Of a DNA stretch of 64,000 bases, positions 39,148 through 52,699 are shown piece by piece. Numbering within the stretch: the first letter of the stretch is position 1; every line of letters starts with the position of its first letter. Below the pieces are notes generated by a model. The model did not search any database. It worked only from the letters and a program-made list of their open reading frames with translations, and had not been told where the DNA came from. Origin of the DNA: Lingula anatina (lineage: Eukaryota > Animalia > Brachiopoda); assembly GCA_051362555.1 (NCBI GenBank), contig CM120646.1, positions 9,672,001 through 9,736,000 of the forward strand, read 5' to 3'. A program made the position numbers and the translations under genes.

Positions 39148-40100
39148 TTGCAACCCGTTGTCCGTCTGTAAACTGCATGGCTCACAGTCTGGCTGGCCAC
39201 ATTGATCTCCACGTCGACCTCGTACACAGGCAGGGTACAGTCCACACTGGGTCTTCTCACGACAAACACAGCGACAGTCTTCCCACACGGGCTCGTAGGC
39301 AGAGTCACACACCGGGCAGCTGTAGAGGCGAAAAAAGTCATCCAAATCAGATGACTTCAGTATTTCAGAAACTTATAGCACGTAACTGTAAATAGTTCCT
39401 TCATTACAAGCATATTTGATAAATTACAGAATATAACAGGTGTCCACGTTTACCAGTATAAGTATATACCTGTCTGTGCTTCTACGTGGGGTGCAGTATA
39501 CTCACATATCATTCGGACAGTAATACGTTCTGTCACTAGTTATAATCGAGTTCTGGCAGTTTTTACATTCACATGAACAATGACAGCCACCATCAGGTTT
39601 ACCGGCACCATAACCGCCATTTGGACACTCACAGCCACACTAGAAATATACACATTGATATAATGGGCAGAAACATAATAACAGTAAAATATGGTTTCAA
39701 GATCGATTGATATACGGATGTCAAAAGCATTAAATCAGTTAAAGTTGTACACAAAAATTCACTAAAATATCAACGTTTTGCCTTGGTTGCATTATTTTAA
39801 AACATAATCAAAGTGATAACAATGATGTCTGGATTGTACTGCGCATAGAAATCATTCGATTCAACCATAATCTTAAATTTTTTTTACTTAAAACCTTCAT
39901 GACAATTTACACAAATACACCATATTTTTTTTGTGAATATTTACATGTACCGCACCTCACACGTGCCGTCTGCGTTCATCTTCCGTGGCCAACCGTACGC
40001 ACAGTGACATGGACACGCAGGCTGAGAAGGGTCATCAGTGATCACCTTTTTAGTTTTACCATCCGGGCACTTGTCACACTGGCAACTGTGGTTATGCTGT
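39148..40100 (-). pseudogene. Small Cys-rich exons
   Basis: SCQCDKCPDG...ACPCHCAYG; CGCECPNGG...CHCSCECKNC; SCPVCDS...CRCVC...CVRGRRGDQCGQPDCEPC. Confidence 0.7.
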
Positions 40101-40619
40101 CAATCATAACCAAATATTAACAATTGGTTCCATATCTTTTAAGAAATATATTAAAATATGACTTTAATATTTATATTACAAAAATTTGCCATCGACCTAA
40201 ATCTGTAAATGTTGTATTTGGTTGCTCGGCCATGAAGTTTGATCACTCACGTTTTGATGTTGAAAGACTAATGGGACTTAGAAACGTATGAACCAACAGA
40301 AAATGTCCTGCAACACATAAACTTATTAGTACCAGTTTTGTTAAGACATTAAAACACAAATGACACAAATCACCTCAATACTATTGCTTCCATCAGGACA
40401 TAGGCAGGTACCGGGTCCAACAGGATACGTGGTGCATGGCTACCGTAGCTGGCCTACAGTGCCTGTAATGTCGGTTAAAATGTATTTCTTAATGATCACC
40501 ATGCAATGCCCTTAATGAATGTACCTAAATTTTGAAAAATAAAGACACACTTAAAAGTTCTAATGAATTGATAAGCTGACGTTCTTAGTTAATTTTTCTA
40601 TAACTTTATGGTAATGCAC

Positions 40620-43600
40620 CTTGGTATTGAAACACCTAACTGTTGGTGCTTGGTCTGAAATACGTGATAAGCACATCGGATACGAAGATGTCAAACACAA
40701 CGGTTCACACACTTACGCAGAAACTTTTACAGAATCAGGAACAAGCACATATTCTTCAAGGCTTGTGAAAATCGAATATGACGCTTCTAAACGAAGAAAC
40801 CCAGCGTCTTTTCTGTACCCCGGCCCCGCCTTGTGGACCACAAGGTGCACGCCCTCACGCCCGGAACAGATCTTAGAACACGTGGTAATGTCCAAACTGT
40901 CCATGATAGGGGCTGTAGTCGTGTATGTGACAGTTTCTGACTGGCTGACAACACCGGGGTCTGAAACAACAATGACATGTTTCCTGCACTCCAACCCCAA
41001 ATTATATAATTAAATTCATTGTATTATTAAGTCGCTGCATCGGTAGCTTAAGTATTTACCGTTACGTTTTCCATATCACGATTTAGTTTAACGACAAGCT
41101 ACAATATTTGTAATAACCATTGTATTCAATACATGCAGGAACAACATGCAAGTTGGCACCGCAGGTACATGTAATTACCTCAAACACCGCCTCCTGTTTC
41201 AGTGATGTAAATATGCCATCAGTGGATATTTGGTTGTTCAGCCGTCTGTCGGGGTGGAAAGCTGTGTAGGGAGCAGACGTCAGCACTGTGTCTTTGTTTA
41301 AGTCCTGGATGGGGATACACTCCAGGAAAATGTAGCCCCCTTTCCCAAACCTTGAAATAACCTGAACAGAAATAGATATCTCTCATGAAGCCCATATAGA
41401 TTATGGAATGCTAAACCTGCACCTACATCTACATCTTCATATTTTTGTTCTATAAAAGTCAAAGTCAAAAGGTGGAACGATTATACATTATATAGTTTTA
41501 ATGTTATATGCTCAATATCAAAATCGGTTCATTTTGCCTTGTTACACAATGCTATATTCTACATGTATTTGCTGCAGAGTCAAATAGTGATATGATATAC
41601 CAGTCAAGTCATCAGTTTACCTGACCGAGATAGGCGCCCGATGTACGTCCTGGAATGACGTCACCTACGACTGGTGGCGCCGTCTCTTGATTCACTGACT
41701 CACTAATGTGCAGGCTTCTGTCATTTTGTTCTCCACCGTGGCAGTACATAGTGTTAGATGTGGAGACAGGAGAGACAGCAATGAGACTAGAAAACACATC
41801 GAGTACGCCAGATGTTATGCCCTTTTCTCCATAAAAATACTAAGTATAAAAGTATGTGCATGTAATAGGGTTAAACATTAAACGGCCAGCCACTACACTC
41901 CTTCCCCCCCCCCCCCCCCAAATGCCGAAAGACGCGAGACCTCAATGGATGGAGGAGGGGAATTATGTTTTCTCACAAGTCGCAACAGAGCACCCTAGCT
42001 CTGTGAATGCACTAGTAGGAGTGTTTGGGGAATTCATCCCGTGCTAGTCAAAAGATATTTGAATTGTTGGCAAAGTTGTGTAAAGTTGAGAAAATGTGAT
42101 TTTAAGATATTTTAATGTTTTAGTCAGAGGAAATAAAAAAGTAAAAGATTGCAATAGTAGTTTTGTCTTTTCTTATAAGTTGCGTATTCAGTCGCGTTTC
42201 CTTAACGTAAAGGTTGCGTGTGCGTGGCTGTATGTGTGTGTGTGTGTGTGCACGTTCACAAGTATAAATTGCTAATGTAATGTGGATAATTTGTATTTTT
42301 TAAATGTAATGTATTTTTGTCATTTAATTTACTTCCGTGTACATATTTTGTAAATATGATTGTGATTGGCGGGACGCCATCATATTTTTGGGGGGACATG
42401 TGTAATAGGGTTAAACATTATTACGAAAGCATTCCCGCCCTTTTGGCAGTCACGTGAGCTTTGTTAGTCACGTGAGCGGGAAATATTAATTACCCGCTCA
42501 ACAGTATCCTTGGGTCATTTTACTCACACTGTCACGTTGGTGTGTATGTATGTACAGGAATAAAGAAGCTGATACTTCTGAGATGCAGTAGATGTTTGTT
42601 GTGATACTCAGTTGCATGCATGTACACATTAAAAATGTACAGAGAAATTTCCTTTGATATTTTACAATGAATATTTCTTTTCAAATTTAAATATGTTTTA
42701 CGTCCTACTGTCGACCAATTATTATCAAAAATTAATTTTGCCGTATCAGTATTCATATTGCAAAGAGACGGCACAGAGTTGTCGTAACCGTTCGACCGGG
42801 ACTGGGAATTTAATATGACGCACTACACATAATATAATGTATGTCACGTTTTGAAGTAACTAAGATGTAGAACAGCAAGTACATGTAGTATACATCGTAT
42901 ACAAATACCACTCACCTAAAAGACATAGCCTGACTACACGTCTTCACTTTGGCGTGCTACGTCACAGACTCAGATTCTGTTACAATATCCTCTAAGTCCT
43001 CGAGGAAGCCCTGACTTTCCCCGCCGACTACCACATCGCCAACATTAATGTGATTTGACGTACTCTGTCGTAGCACAATGTACTGAGACACCACGGGTCT
43101 TATGGTCACATTGTACCAATGTCCAAGACATTTAAAAACATGATCATCTGAAATGAGAAATGAGATATTTTTAACAGCTGTGGTTCACATATTTATCAAA
43201 TGAAAACGTACGCTACTTGTAGTGTAGGGTAAATACTTTATACAAGTAAACATTTCACTCTGTAATTCAACCATTTATATTTATTGTTTATAAATATTTT
43301 TGGGGGGCAATTTAAAATCAGAACTTCAAGAGATTCACCTTTTATCACGTGAACTGAGGAACCTCTAATGGCTTCGCCTTCCCACATGTAGGCAATTTTA
43401 AAAATGCGTTCCTCCGGCACGTGCTCCAGCGTCCTGTCATCCATGAGGGAACGGACAGGAAGCGTTTGGTTAAAGTTGGCATACTGAATGACATCTTCCA
43501 ACTAGGCCCTTACAGCAGCAAAATATCGGTATGTTCCTGAATAAAACGATTGTCAAAGCTGATAAAAACATATAATTCTACGATGTACACGTAGTGGTGT

Positions 43601-44450
43601 ATAATGAATCATGGAGATATTATAAGCCTATTTAAACACGTTTAAAGGGGAGAAAAATCTCGTTTTAACAAAATCTATCATTCATACTTTATATAAATTG
43701 AGACTCAGACATTTTGTCCTAAAATGCACGTTTATATTTTATGCCGATTACTGGTTAAACGCCATGAAGATGCAACTTTTATAAGGAGTAATTTAAGAAT
43801 ACATGTATATTCAGGTTATGGATTAATAAATATGCTACATTAATGTATTAGAAATATCACGGAACTAGAGAACACTACTGACATAATGTCAAGACGTCAT
43901 AAGTTACGTCAGAAAGTATTTGACGTCGTGCAACTAGCCAGGTGTATTTCCATAAATTGTTTCTTTGATTGAAAAATAGTGTTACATGAAGTATAATAAA
44001 CTCACCTTTTTCTTGAGTTGCGTACACTTTATGAATGATTCCTCCGGCTTGCTTGCTGACAATGACAAAATCTTTGGACCTGGGATACTTGACCTTGTCT
44101 CTGGTCACAAGAATGGAATGACCTGACAAATATTATTCAGATAGACGCAAACAAAAATCAGCATGCGTTTTAAATTTTAATTCAATTGCGTGCGAAAAAT
44201 AAAATAGGACTAATAGGAAAATAGGACTACCATGTTCACTGGAATAACTGTATCTGTATCTTGGTGAACTACGGATTAACCTTTGGTACAGAAATAGTAA
44301 AAGGCATTAAACACTTTGTTAATTCTTGGGAATGACGCCACCTGCAGTGCAGCTGTAATACCGCCGACAAACTCTGGAGTCCGGAATGAACTGCCCTACG
44401 GGACACTTTGTTATCTGACGGGGGTAATCAGCAGGGAAAACACTGGGCCT
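40620..44450 (-). pseudogene. Middle exons, domain not recognised
   Basis: Splice-bounded segments ~44122-44006, 43537-43339, 43147-42916, 41775-41621 and from 41361, with the repeated motif DFVIVSKQAGGIIHKV / GDVVVGGESQGFLEDL / GDVIPGRTSGAYLGQV. Confidence 0.65.
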
Positions 44451-44880
44451 TGAAATATTACAATATAAAGTAAAATCGTAACATATTCCCAGTTTTAATG
44501 CTTTTTGGATGATCGAGCCTTTGGAAGCTTAGATTATGTATACATGTATCTTTTATGCAAATATTTTATTTTGTAAATTTTATCGCAATCCATTTATATG
44601 TTCAACTTCAAACTTTTGATTAATTTGTTTTAATTTAATTGTTGATATTATTATCATAAATGTATCATTACTGATATCCTAGCAATATATGCCAAAGGTA
44701 ATTCAAGTAATACAATGATGAAATCACATGAAGCATTATTAAGGTATCGGATCGGTTTTTTCATTTAAAATAACAAAAAAATATCATGATATAACAGAAT
44801 AAAAGTAAAAAAAAAAAAAAAAAATGCAAATATGACTTGTTTTAGCTACACGGCCGTGTCAGTGTTGAAAACTTTCTCAC

Positions 44881-45707
44881 CTGTTTGATAAGAAGACATG
44901 GAATCAATGATTAGATGTATGGAGACCTCTGGGTATGGGAACCCCGTGCCCCTATCTCGTAGCCTCTGCTTGATCTGCGCATGCTCTGTAAGACCCCGCC
45001 AGTTGTAAGAGGCATTTACAGCTGAAGAGGCATTTACAGTTGAAGATGCCCCTTCACTTGTCATCTCGAATATAAATGTAGGGTTTTGGAAGACATTGTC
45101 ATGGAGAAACGATGATCAGCCACCAAAAACTATGGCCGCCATATTGTTTGCATCTCTTGCAATGTTGTAGTATATGATGTTGTCAGTAGTGACGTCACTC
45201 ATGTTCCTATTGGCTGGTTTTGTCCACCACATCACGTGAAGACCCGTGTTGTTGTAGATGTAGTTGTTTGTGACGGTTCCAGACACACCCTCCAGGTGGA
45301 GTACATCACTGTACCTATTTCCCTGTCCGTGTTGTATCACATTCCCATCTATACTGCACTGCTGTGTGTGAGGGCCGTCCTCTATTTCTACCATCTGAAT
45401 GCTCTCTAGCTGGGTTGCATAGAGAACCGCTTATTGTTTTGGAATACGCTGTGAGTCCTAGCGTGGATGCCACCCTGGTTCCCTTCCATGGAATTGTTTG
45501 CCAATGTACCACTAGTGTCAGCGATATTTAGCCGGATAGCCGCTTTGGAATGTTCAGCTCGGTGGGAAGTCGATAGTCCATTTCTGTGAAATATATTTTT
45601 GTTGATGTTTATATCCCAATTACTCTGTCCAAATGTAGTAATGTTCACTCCACCCAGACCATTGTTAAAGAAAGTGTTTTCCTCGATGACCAAGTTGCCG
45701 ATAGACC
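44881..45707 (-). pseudogene. Right-handed beta-helix (PbH1-like) exon
   Basis: Asn-ladder repeats IEENTFFNN, INKNIFHRN, IDGNVIQH, VTNNYIYNN; broken by a frameshift and a TGA. Confidence 0.8.
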
Positions 45708-45896
45708 CTGAAAGACAAACCAAATAGTATTTATTATGAAACGTAAAATATACACGTGCACTTGTATATTAATTAACGACTGTAAATTTAAACTTTATCT
45801 TTAAGAACTCTTACCTATCGATAAAGTCTTTGTATGAATGTCAAGTACCACAATGACATGCTACTAGTACGTGTTTGTGTTAATGTACAGTCTTAC

Positions 45897-48800
45897 CTGT
45901 GGATGTGTCACTGGAGATCTTGATACCAAAGACCATGCTTTGCAAACCATATGTGTCCCAGTTCCTGGTACTGCTATATAACCGGATGGTTACACTGGAA
46001 CTGTTTATTGGAACATCTGAAGGAAGTGAATCGTTTGTCTGGTCAGCATAAAGAAGTCGCCTTAAGAGAAGAGGAGACGATCCTTCGAATATTTCCAGTT
46101 GAAAACGGTACAGATTAAACTGTAAAATTTGGATTGTGATATTCTGTCCAAGTTCAGAACATATTGCACGTGTGCAATAAAAATAATATCCTTCATGCTA
46201 TTTTCCGTCTGAATAAACCACAGTTCTGTCCTTAACAATGAGCATTTTGGAATTTTTTCGCAAATACTACCGACTCCATAAACGTCACTTGGCCATCCTA
46301 CATGTTCTTGTTTGACCCTAGTATTGAGTGGTTCACTTCTTGGGTGAGCCACATGTACAACAGCTTTTATCCCAACACCTCTGTTGTTAAGGAACTCGTT
46401 TCGTTTAATGATGCTGGATTTCAATGCTGGTCCAATTATTTCAATACCGTTCAACCTTGACTGGGCCACTCGTGAGTTCTGTATGATTACACTGGGGCTG
46501 AAAGACTGCACAGCTGCGCCGTACGTGTTTCCTTTGTAACCTGCATTAAAAATGTCTACAAAGAGCAATTCCGAAGGGCTAGTTCTGACTTCATCTGAAG
46601 CAAACGCCAATCCTTGCCAAAAAGAGCAATTAGCTGTTTGGTATTGACAGCCAAAGGCAACCTTTCTCTCTTTTCTCCCCTTGCAACTATCCGTCCCAGA
46701 ACGAGGATCCCTTTGTCCCTTGCTGGCTTAATCCAAACACCAGGTTCAATGAAAACCTCAACCAGGTAAAATAGTCCAATCTTCTTTTAGATAGAACGGA
46801 GAACCTGCTGCTTCTAATGTGATGGACTTGTTCAGCCACCCACCAAGAACGTTTCCTTGTGGAAGCCCCTCCGTGACGTCAGGAGTGTACACCAACTCGT
46901 TCGATCTTGACACAAATGGAAGTACTCGCACTTCTGGTAGCTACATGTCGTTGTGTGCGTCATATATACGTTTTCTCACGCAACGGGTATTTTCACATTC
47001 CCACGTGTTGTATCTGGCTTCAAAGGTGTTTGTCCATTTTGTAGAGCGAGTCTTGACATACAGCTCTGCCTCTAGACCCGGGTTTTGAAGCGTGTTGTTT
47101 TGAACGCAGACATTTCCATAACCATCAAAAACGAGTGCAGCTGACACTGGGGGCTGTGATGACCGTCCTTCGTTGTTGCCGGATGAATAAGTGTTGTTAG
47201 CAATGATATTCCCTACCAGTCCAACGTTTGTTGTTTGGCTTAGGTCATAGGTTGATTTCTCCATATTAATGACGATGAAATTTCTGTAACGATTACCTAA
47301 TATATCATTGTTCACGAATTGTATTGTCTTTTCATATCCCCGGTATAAGTTCATTGACCCAGAGCTGTACTCATTGTCTGTGATGTTATTCCCCGATACT
47401 GTCATATGCAGAGCACCACCGATGTCAAGTACACTCCCTCTGTTATCAATGATTTCGTTATTCAAAAACTGGATGTCCACATCTTTGGGGTTGTCTTCCC
47501 GGACACTGTGTTCCTGGTAATTCTGATCTTACATCCATCAATGGTTAACTGTTCTCGATTTCCACGGTAATTGTCAATATAAATCCCATAGTCATTGGAA
47601 TCTAAGGTCGTATTTCTGATTGAGATGGCGAAAGATGGTAACAATTCATTCACCAGTGGAACATTAGATAATCTTTATAACCAAACATCCATCAGTTTGT
47701 AGTTTCCTACTATAACAGAGTCTTTTATATCAACGCTGACTTGTCCCACATCAGGGTAGTCTGGATGTCTCCTGTCAGTCCGTATTCCATTGGCTTGGTA
47801 TGAGCCATATACTGTTCTGGAGGATCCACTGATTATAACATTGTCCAATGTTAGGCTTGCTTTGTTTGGTGGCAGCTCGTCTGAAAATTACCAATAAACT
47901 TTTACAGCACAGTTTAGTTTTAACCCCAGTTTAGCCGTATCAGAAATCGAGCTCATGCAGAATAGAGAAACATATCCAAGTCGCCTGCATTCTCCGTCCA
48001 GCCATGTTGTCAACATTGGCTCTCTCAATGAAGAATCATAACAAACTGGCAATATGTCTCCGTTTTCTTCTCCGTAAAGTTGTCCATAAAACGATGCCGT
48101 GTTATATGATTGCCATGGCCCTCGAAGTAACGAAAATTTACCAAAATATGTTTTAGATGTGACATTTTTCGTTGTAGCCACCTTTCCCTTGGCGGTAAAG
48201 ATGCACTTCTTACTCTCTGTTCCACTGACATTAAGTCTTCCTTCAATGTACATCCCCACAGAATCTTCAAATGCTAAAACCACTCCTGGTTCTATGGTTA
48301 GTGTGGCGTTGGCTGTCACGTTCAAGTCATGTGTCAACGTGTACGGTCTACCAGTGTCCTTAAGAGTAAGGTCGGTGTTAATGCGGCCACCGAGTGTGTA
48401 GGGAGTTGGCGCTGGGTCCACTTCTATAGTCGCTGGGGACAAACTGGAGAGATCAGACGTGATATAGAACGGAGTGAATAGGAACTCGGTTCTCAGTGTG
48501 TAGCGTTTTGTATTATCGATAATGCCCGAGTAAACACCCTGCGGGTTTGGTGTTCCCCAGTAATTTCGTGACACATCAAGTGTTTTAAGGACGGAATTCT
48601 CGTGCCAAGTGGCCAGTGGATATTCGACCAACAGGTTTTCGAAAACATTGTCAGTGAATGTGAAACTACTTGGAGCATTTATCAAGACCATGACAGCACC
48701 CACCCTATGTCTTTTGTTTTCCGTTCTTACATTGTTGTTTCTAAATTTATTACCAGTCACGAACAAACTGGAGGCAAAAACACAAAGAACACACTTGGAC

Positions 48801-49413
48801 ACGTCATTATCGGATAACATGTTGTTGAGTATTTGGGTGCCCCTGTTGTCAGTTTCTATTACAAAAGCTGCAGTCTCTTTTGTTTTAGAAACCAAATTCT
48901 CATTCACTTGGACGGAACTAAGTTTGTTTGTTCCACATCCATAACCAGACCCCAACATCAGGGCAGTTCCGCTTTGATTGTGAAAGACATTGCCGGACAC
49001 TACGATGTCTGTTAGGGCACACTGTCTAGCATGCGGTACTGATATACCAAATAAATCATCCATCAGGGTATTGTTTTGAAAAATGAAGCAGATTTTATTT
49101 GATGATGTCCACACCGGGCATGTGCCAACAGACAAAGCATAGTTAGAGGAATTAATGAATTCATTGTTCTTCACGGTAACATTCCTCTGGATGTGCTCAA
49201 AGTGCACATGGTTCATGTTATTCACAAAGGCGCTGTCCTGAAGCACAATCGTACCGGATCCCTTACCAACGTACAGACCTGCCTCTGAGGAAAGTGTCAC
49301 ACGAGAGCCTGATATGCGAATTGGATGCAGTTGATTCTCAATAAAAATTCCATATCCGGATGTTGTAACTTTGACGTTATTCAATGATAAACCCCTAGAG
49401 TGTCCTGAATAAG
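45897..49413 (-). pseudogene. 3.5-kb exon: beta-helix repeats, Bark-like repeats 2 and 3, SRCR-like remnant, CUB-like segment
   Basis: ORF-track pieces 47888-49384, 47462-47653, 46941-47480 and 46062-46610 join into one reading across stops and frameshifts. Motifs DVSRNYWG; LGGRINTDLTL..RPY..LTIEPGV..IEGRL; LGGWLNKSITL..GSPF..FIEPGV. Confidence 0.85.
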
Positions 49414-49594
49414 CTGTAAAAATACATACGAGTTTACGTATATTACTTTACGTTACAATAGCACATTCTTATCAAACATTATGACAAGCATGACTTACTA
49501 AGTCATTATGAACTGAAAGTGAAAATGAATTCGATATGCTATGCGATATGTGGAGATGCGCGAAAATACTTTCTTTCACATAATTAATATTTAC

Positions 49595-50686
49595 TCATCG
49601 GCAACGGACTGAACTTTAAACATTCCTTGATATCATTCGCTAGAGTCAATATTTAGTCTTGAAAATGACAGCAAGACTGAGCCGCCAGTTGTGTAGAGAG
49701 GGGACGGCATGTTTACCTCGGCACCGTACATATACACGCTCTTCAGCCACCGGGAGGACGAACTGTTTCCGTCAAATATATTCAGTATGTAACGATTTGT
49801 ATACGAACGTGTTCTTATGTATAGTACGCGCAACACCAAAATATATCCTGGGTTTTGACTTCGAAACACCTATATGATGGAACACAGCAAATTAAAATAC
49901 ATGCAATTTGAAACAAAGTCACTTACGTAACTATAGTATCATCTACACATGTACTCAAATAATGCAACGCTTGATTATTTACTCAAAATGTAAAGATGTC
50001 ATGGTGGTACATGTATGTCCAGAATCTTTTGTGAAATGTTATTTTTCATTATTTTCCAATATAAGCCACGAGCTAATTCCTACATATGGAAAATCAGTGA
50101 GCTATTAAGGTCCAATAAGTATCGAGTTGCCTACCTGAGAACAGGAAGACCTTGACCCCAGATGAAGGTCAGTACTGTCAAAGCTGACTATGAGCGGTTC
50201 TCCATCAGGAACCGTTGTTTCCGGCAGTTGGCACATCTTATATATAGGAGGGCAGCGGAAATAGTCTGTTGTAATATACACCTGCTTTATGGACATTAGA
50301 AATCAGGACATTGTCCAGTGCCAGGTTACCACCATAGCTTCTGAAGGAAACCCCGTTGCCCATGCTGTCCTCAATGTTACTATTGTTGATCGCCGCATGT
50401 CCTGTTATATCTCTGAGTAGAACACCATTACCGATGACATTCGTGATATTCAGGTTATCAAGCACAGGTGGGCTTCCACTAATCAATATGGCTGCCGTAT
50501 CATTTGAATGTGTCCCGATGTTAGGAAGACCAGCAAATTCGATGTCCACATATTGGAGAGCACTTGTTCCTAGTACGGAGGAGTTAGTCGCCAGCTCTAT
50601 ACCAGACCAGTCCTTGGCAGTTTCGTTGGCAATCCCACGATAACCATAGTAACCTGATCACTGCAGCCATACGTCTTGACTGTGAA
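49595..50686 (-). pseudogene. Exons 3-4: end of SRCR, beta-helix, CUB-like segment
   Basis: HSQDVWLQ*...WSGIEL...LQYVDIEFAG...PPVLDNLNI; LNIFDGNSSSSRWL...YTTGGSVLLSF. Confidence 0.75.
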
Positions 50687-52104
50687 CTGAAAAATTAAAC
50701 ATTATGACATGTATATTTTTATCAACTTAGGGAAACGGTATGTGAACAGAACTCGATGTTATTGTTCAGTTTATTTTGTATACAATTGACTCATTTTCAC
50801 TTGGAAGTTGCTAGGTAATAGGAGACAAAACCATTGGAAGACCACAGAGGGACAGGCGGCATTGGTGGCAGCTATTTCAAACTTGTGTGTTTTTACCGAC
50901 GACATATAGATGGTCAAGCAGGTACCGTGGAGAACGAAAAGCAAGTGGACGTGATAATACTGTTAATTAACACATGGTATGCAGAACATTGCAGAAAGGA
51001 TAAAAAACAAAAGGGATTAATACGATTAATACACAACTCCAACAACTACAGCGGTAACATTGTAGTCCATTGGGAACAAAGACGAAAAACAGAGTAACAG
51101 TTTTGAAGAGCTAGGTTCAAACGTTCCAGATAAAATATCAAAACCCAAAGCCCTCGCAAGATCGACTCAAACCACAGCACCACTTGTGAAATGAACAAAA
51201 GGCAGTCTGTTTGAAGAAACTAATGCGCTCTCTTAATATGCCTATTGTGTTTTGCCTCTGAGAGCGCATTCAGAACAGCAGACTGGGAGATGATTCGCGG
51301 ACTAACTGATCCGCCGACAAAATATGGCCGACCCCAATTAAACACGTCTGGTCGAATGGAGCCGAAATTTAATTACTCTGCTCCTGCAGGGACGATGCGT
51401 TGTTACTAACATCAGAAAGACAGACAATGACTGCATAATACTTTATCATTTTGGTTCCCATGCAAAGACATACCCAAGAACAGGGTTACCTAAAGCTAAG
51501 GTGAACAGGGCAGGCCTTTCTTAAGCAAGCTTGTTCCATGCCTGTACGGTATACATTACAGGAATATTACCTCAGTCTACCACTGAATATTTGCCACGAG
51601 AAACCAGTGTTGACGCCCCCTCTCCTGTTAACAACATCCTGGATCTGCCACTATACATATTATAACAGAGAGGTATTACATTACAACCCTTTACAAACTA
51701 CCTGATAAAAATCAAATGGTCGACCTCTTACGTTCCACATCGGTATATAGCACTCATGCCTTTATTGTAAGTAATGTTTAAGAACGTACCAACACTTATC
51801 TGAAACCGACCAGAATGAGCGATAAGATCATGGCGCGAGTGAAATAGTCAAAATTCCATCATCGCATAACACAATATATAGTAGTAAAATAGAATTAAGT
51901 TATTTGTGTTATTTTCCATTCTAGCAGACTTTTGCCCACAGTTCACTTTTTGTCTTTTTCGGTATTAAGTTCTGTCTAACTGTCAAAGAAATTAAGTTTG
52001 TCTTACTTCCTCCGGTTTTCAGGGACGTATCAAACACTGCACAATGAGAACTTTTGCAATAATCACTTACGTACAAGAATGTGATGTTTTGATACCTGAA
52101 TTTA

Positions 52105-52230
52105 CATTATATTCTCTTCAATACATGTGCAAACTTTCTTGTTCGAAATAAAATGGAAAATAAACCACATTATATTCCATTCAATACATGTGCAAATTTT
52201 CATGTTCGAAATAAAATGGAAAATAAACCA
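52105..52230. repeat. 63-bp tandem duplication in an intron
   Basis: TTCAATACATGTGCAAA...TGTTCGAAATAAAATGGAAAATAAACCA twice. Confidence 0.85.
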
Positions 52231-52438
52231 AAAAATCTTTTCTGTGTTTAACAGTGAAAAAAGGCACCTTATTATTATTTTAATTTTTTCGTGACAGATC
52301 ACTCTGAAATTCACCAAACAAAGAAACATCTCTAACACTGGCCTCATGCTATTACAAAAGATTAACACATTTGCAATATCATAGTTCTCAAAAGTAGTAA
52401 ATACATGAATAAAAATAAGAGGTAAGTAAGATACTCAC

Positions 52439-52628
52439 AACAATTGTGTACACGGACCCCATCGTGAGGACAGTCCCAGAGGGAGCTCTCATGTCCATTG
52501 CATCTCACGTCGTTCAGAAGAATACTTCCAGTGCCACTGCCTCTGTTATATACTTTGGTATATAACTCTGTTGTTGAAGTAGTAGTAGGAGCTACCCCAG
52601 CCATTCTGACAAACGGTGCCAAAACTAC
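52439..52628 (-). pseudogene. Exon 2: SRCR domain core
   Basis: FGTVCQNGW... then, after a frameshift, [32 protein letters not shown]. The expected CRQLG-type segment is missing. Confidence 0.88.
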
Positions 52629-52699
52629 CTGAAAGGAGAAAATAATACGTTCTCTTTAACAAACATTTGTGGAAAATGAATATTCAGCTAGTAGGAAGT

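Noticed and set aside
47888-49384. 498-aa ORF as a stand-alone bacterial-type beta-helix gene (HGT or contamination)
   Set aside because: It starts at TTG just inside a splice acceptor (49413) and the reading continues past its stop; it is part of a spliced animal gene.
35661-50643. Plus-strand ORFs overlapping the gene (e.g. 40621-41013, 48099-48401, 48609-48944)
   Set aside because: Antisense shadows of the minus-strand exons with no independent motifs or splice structure.
50658-50660. TGA at a conserved Cys as selenocysteine, or an alternative genetic code for the gene
   Set aside because: TAA and TAG stops, frameshifts and deletions also interrupt the gene; general decay explains all of them.
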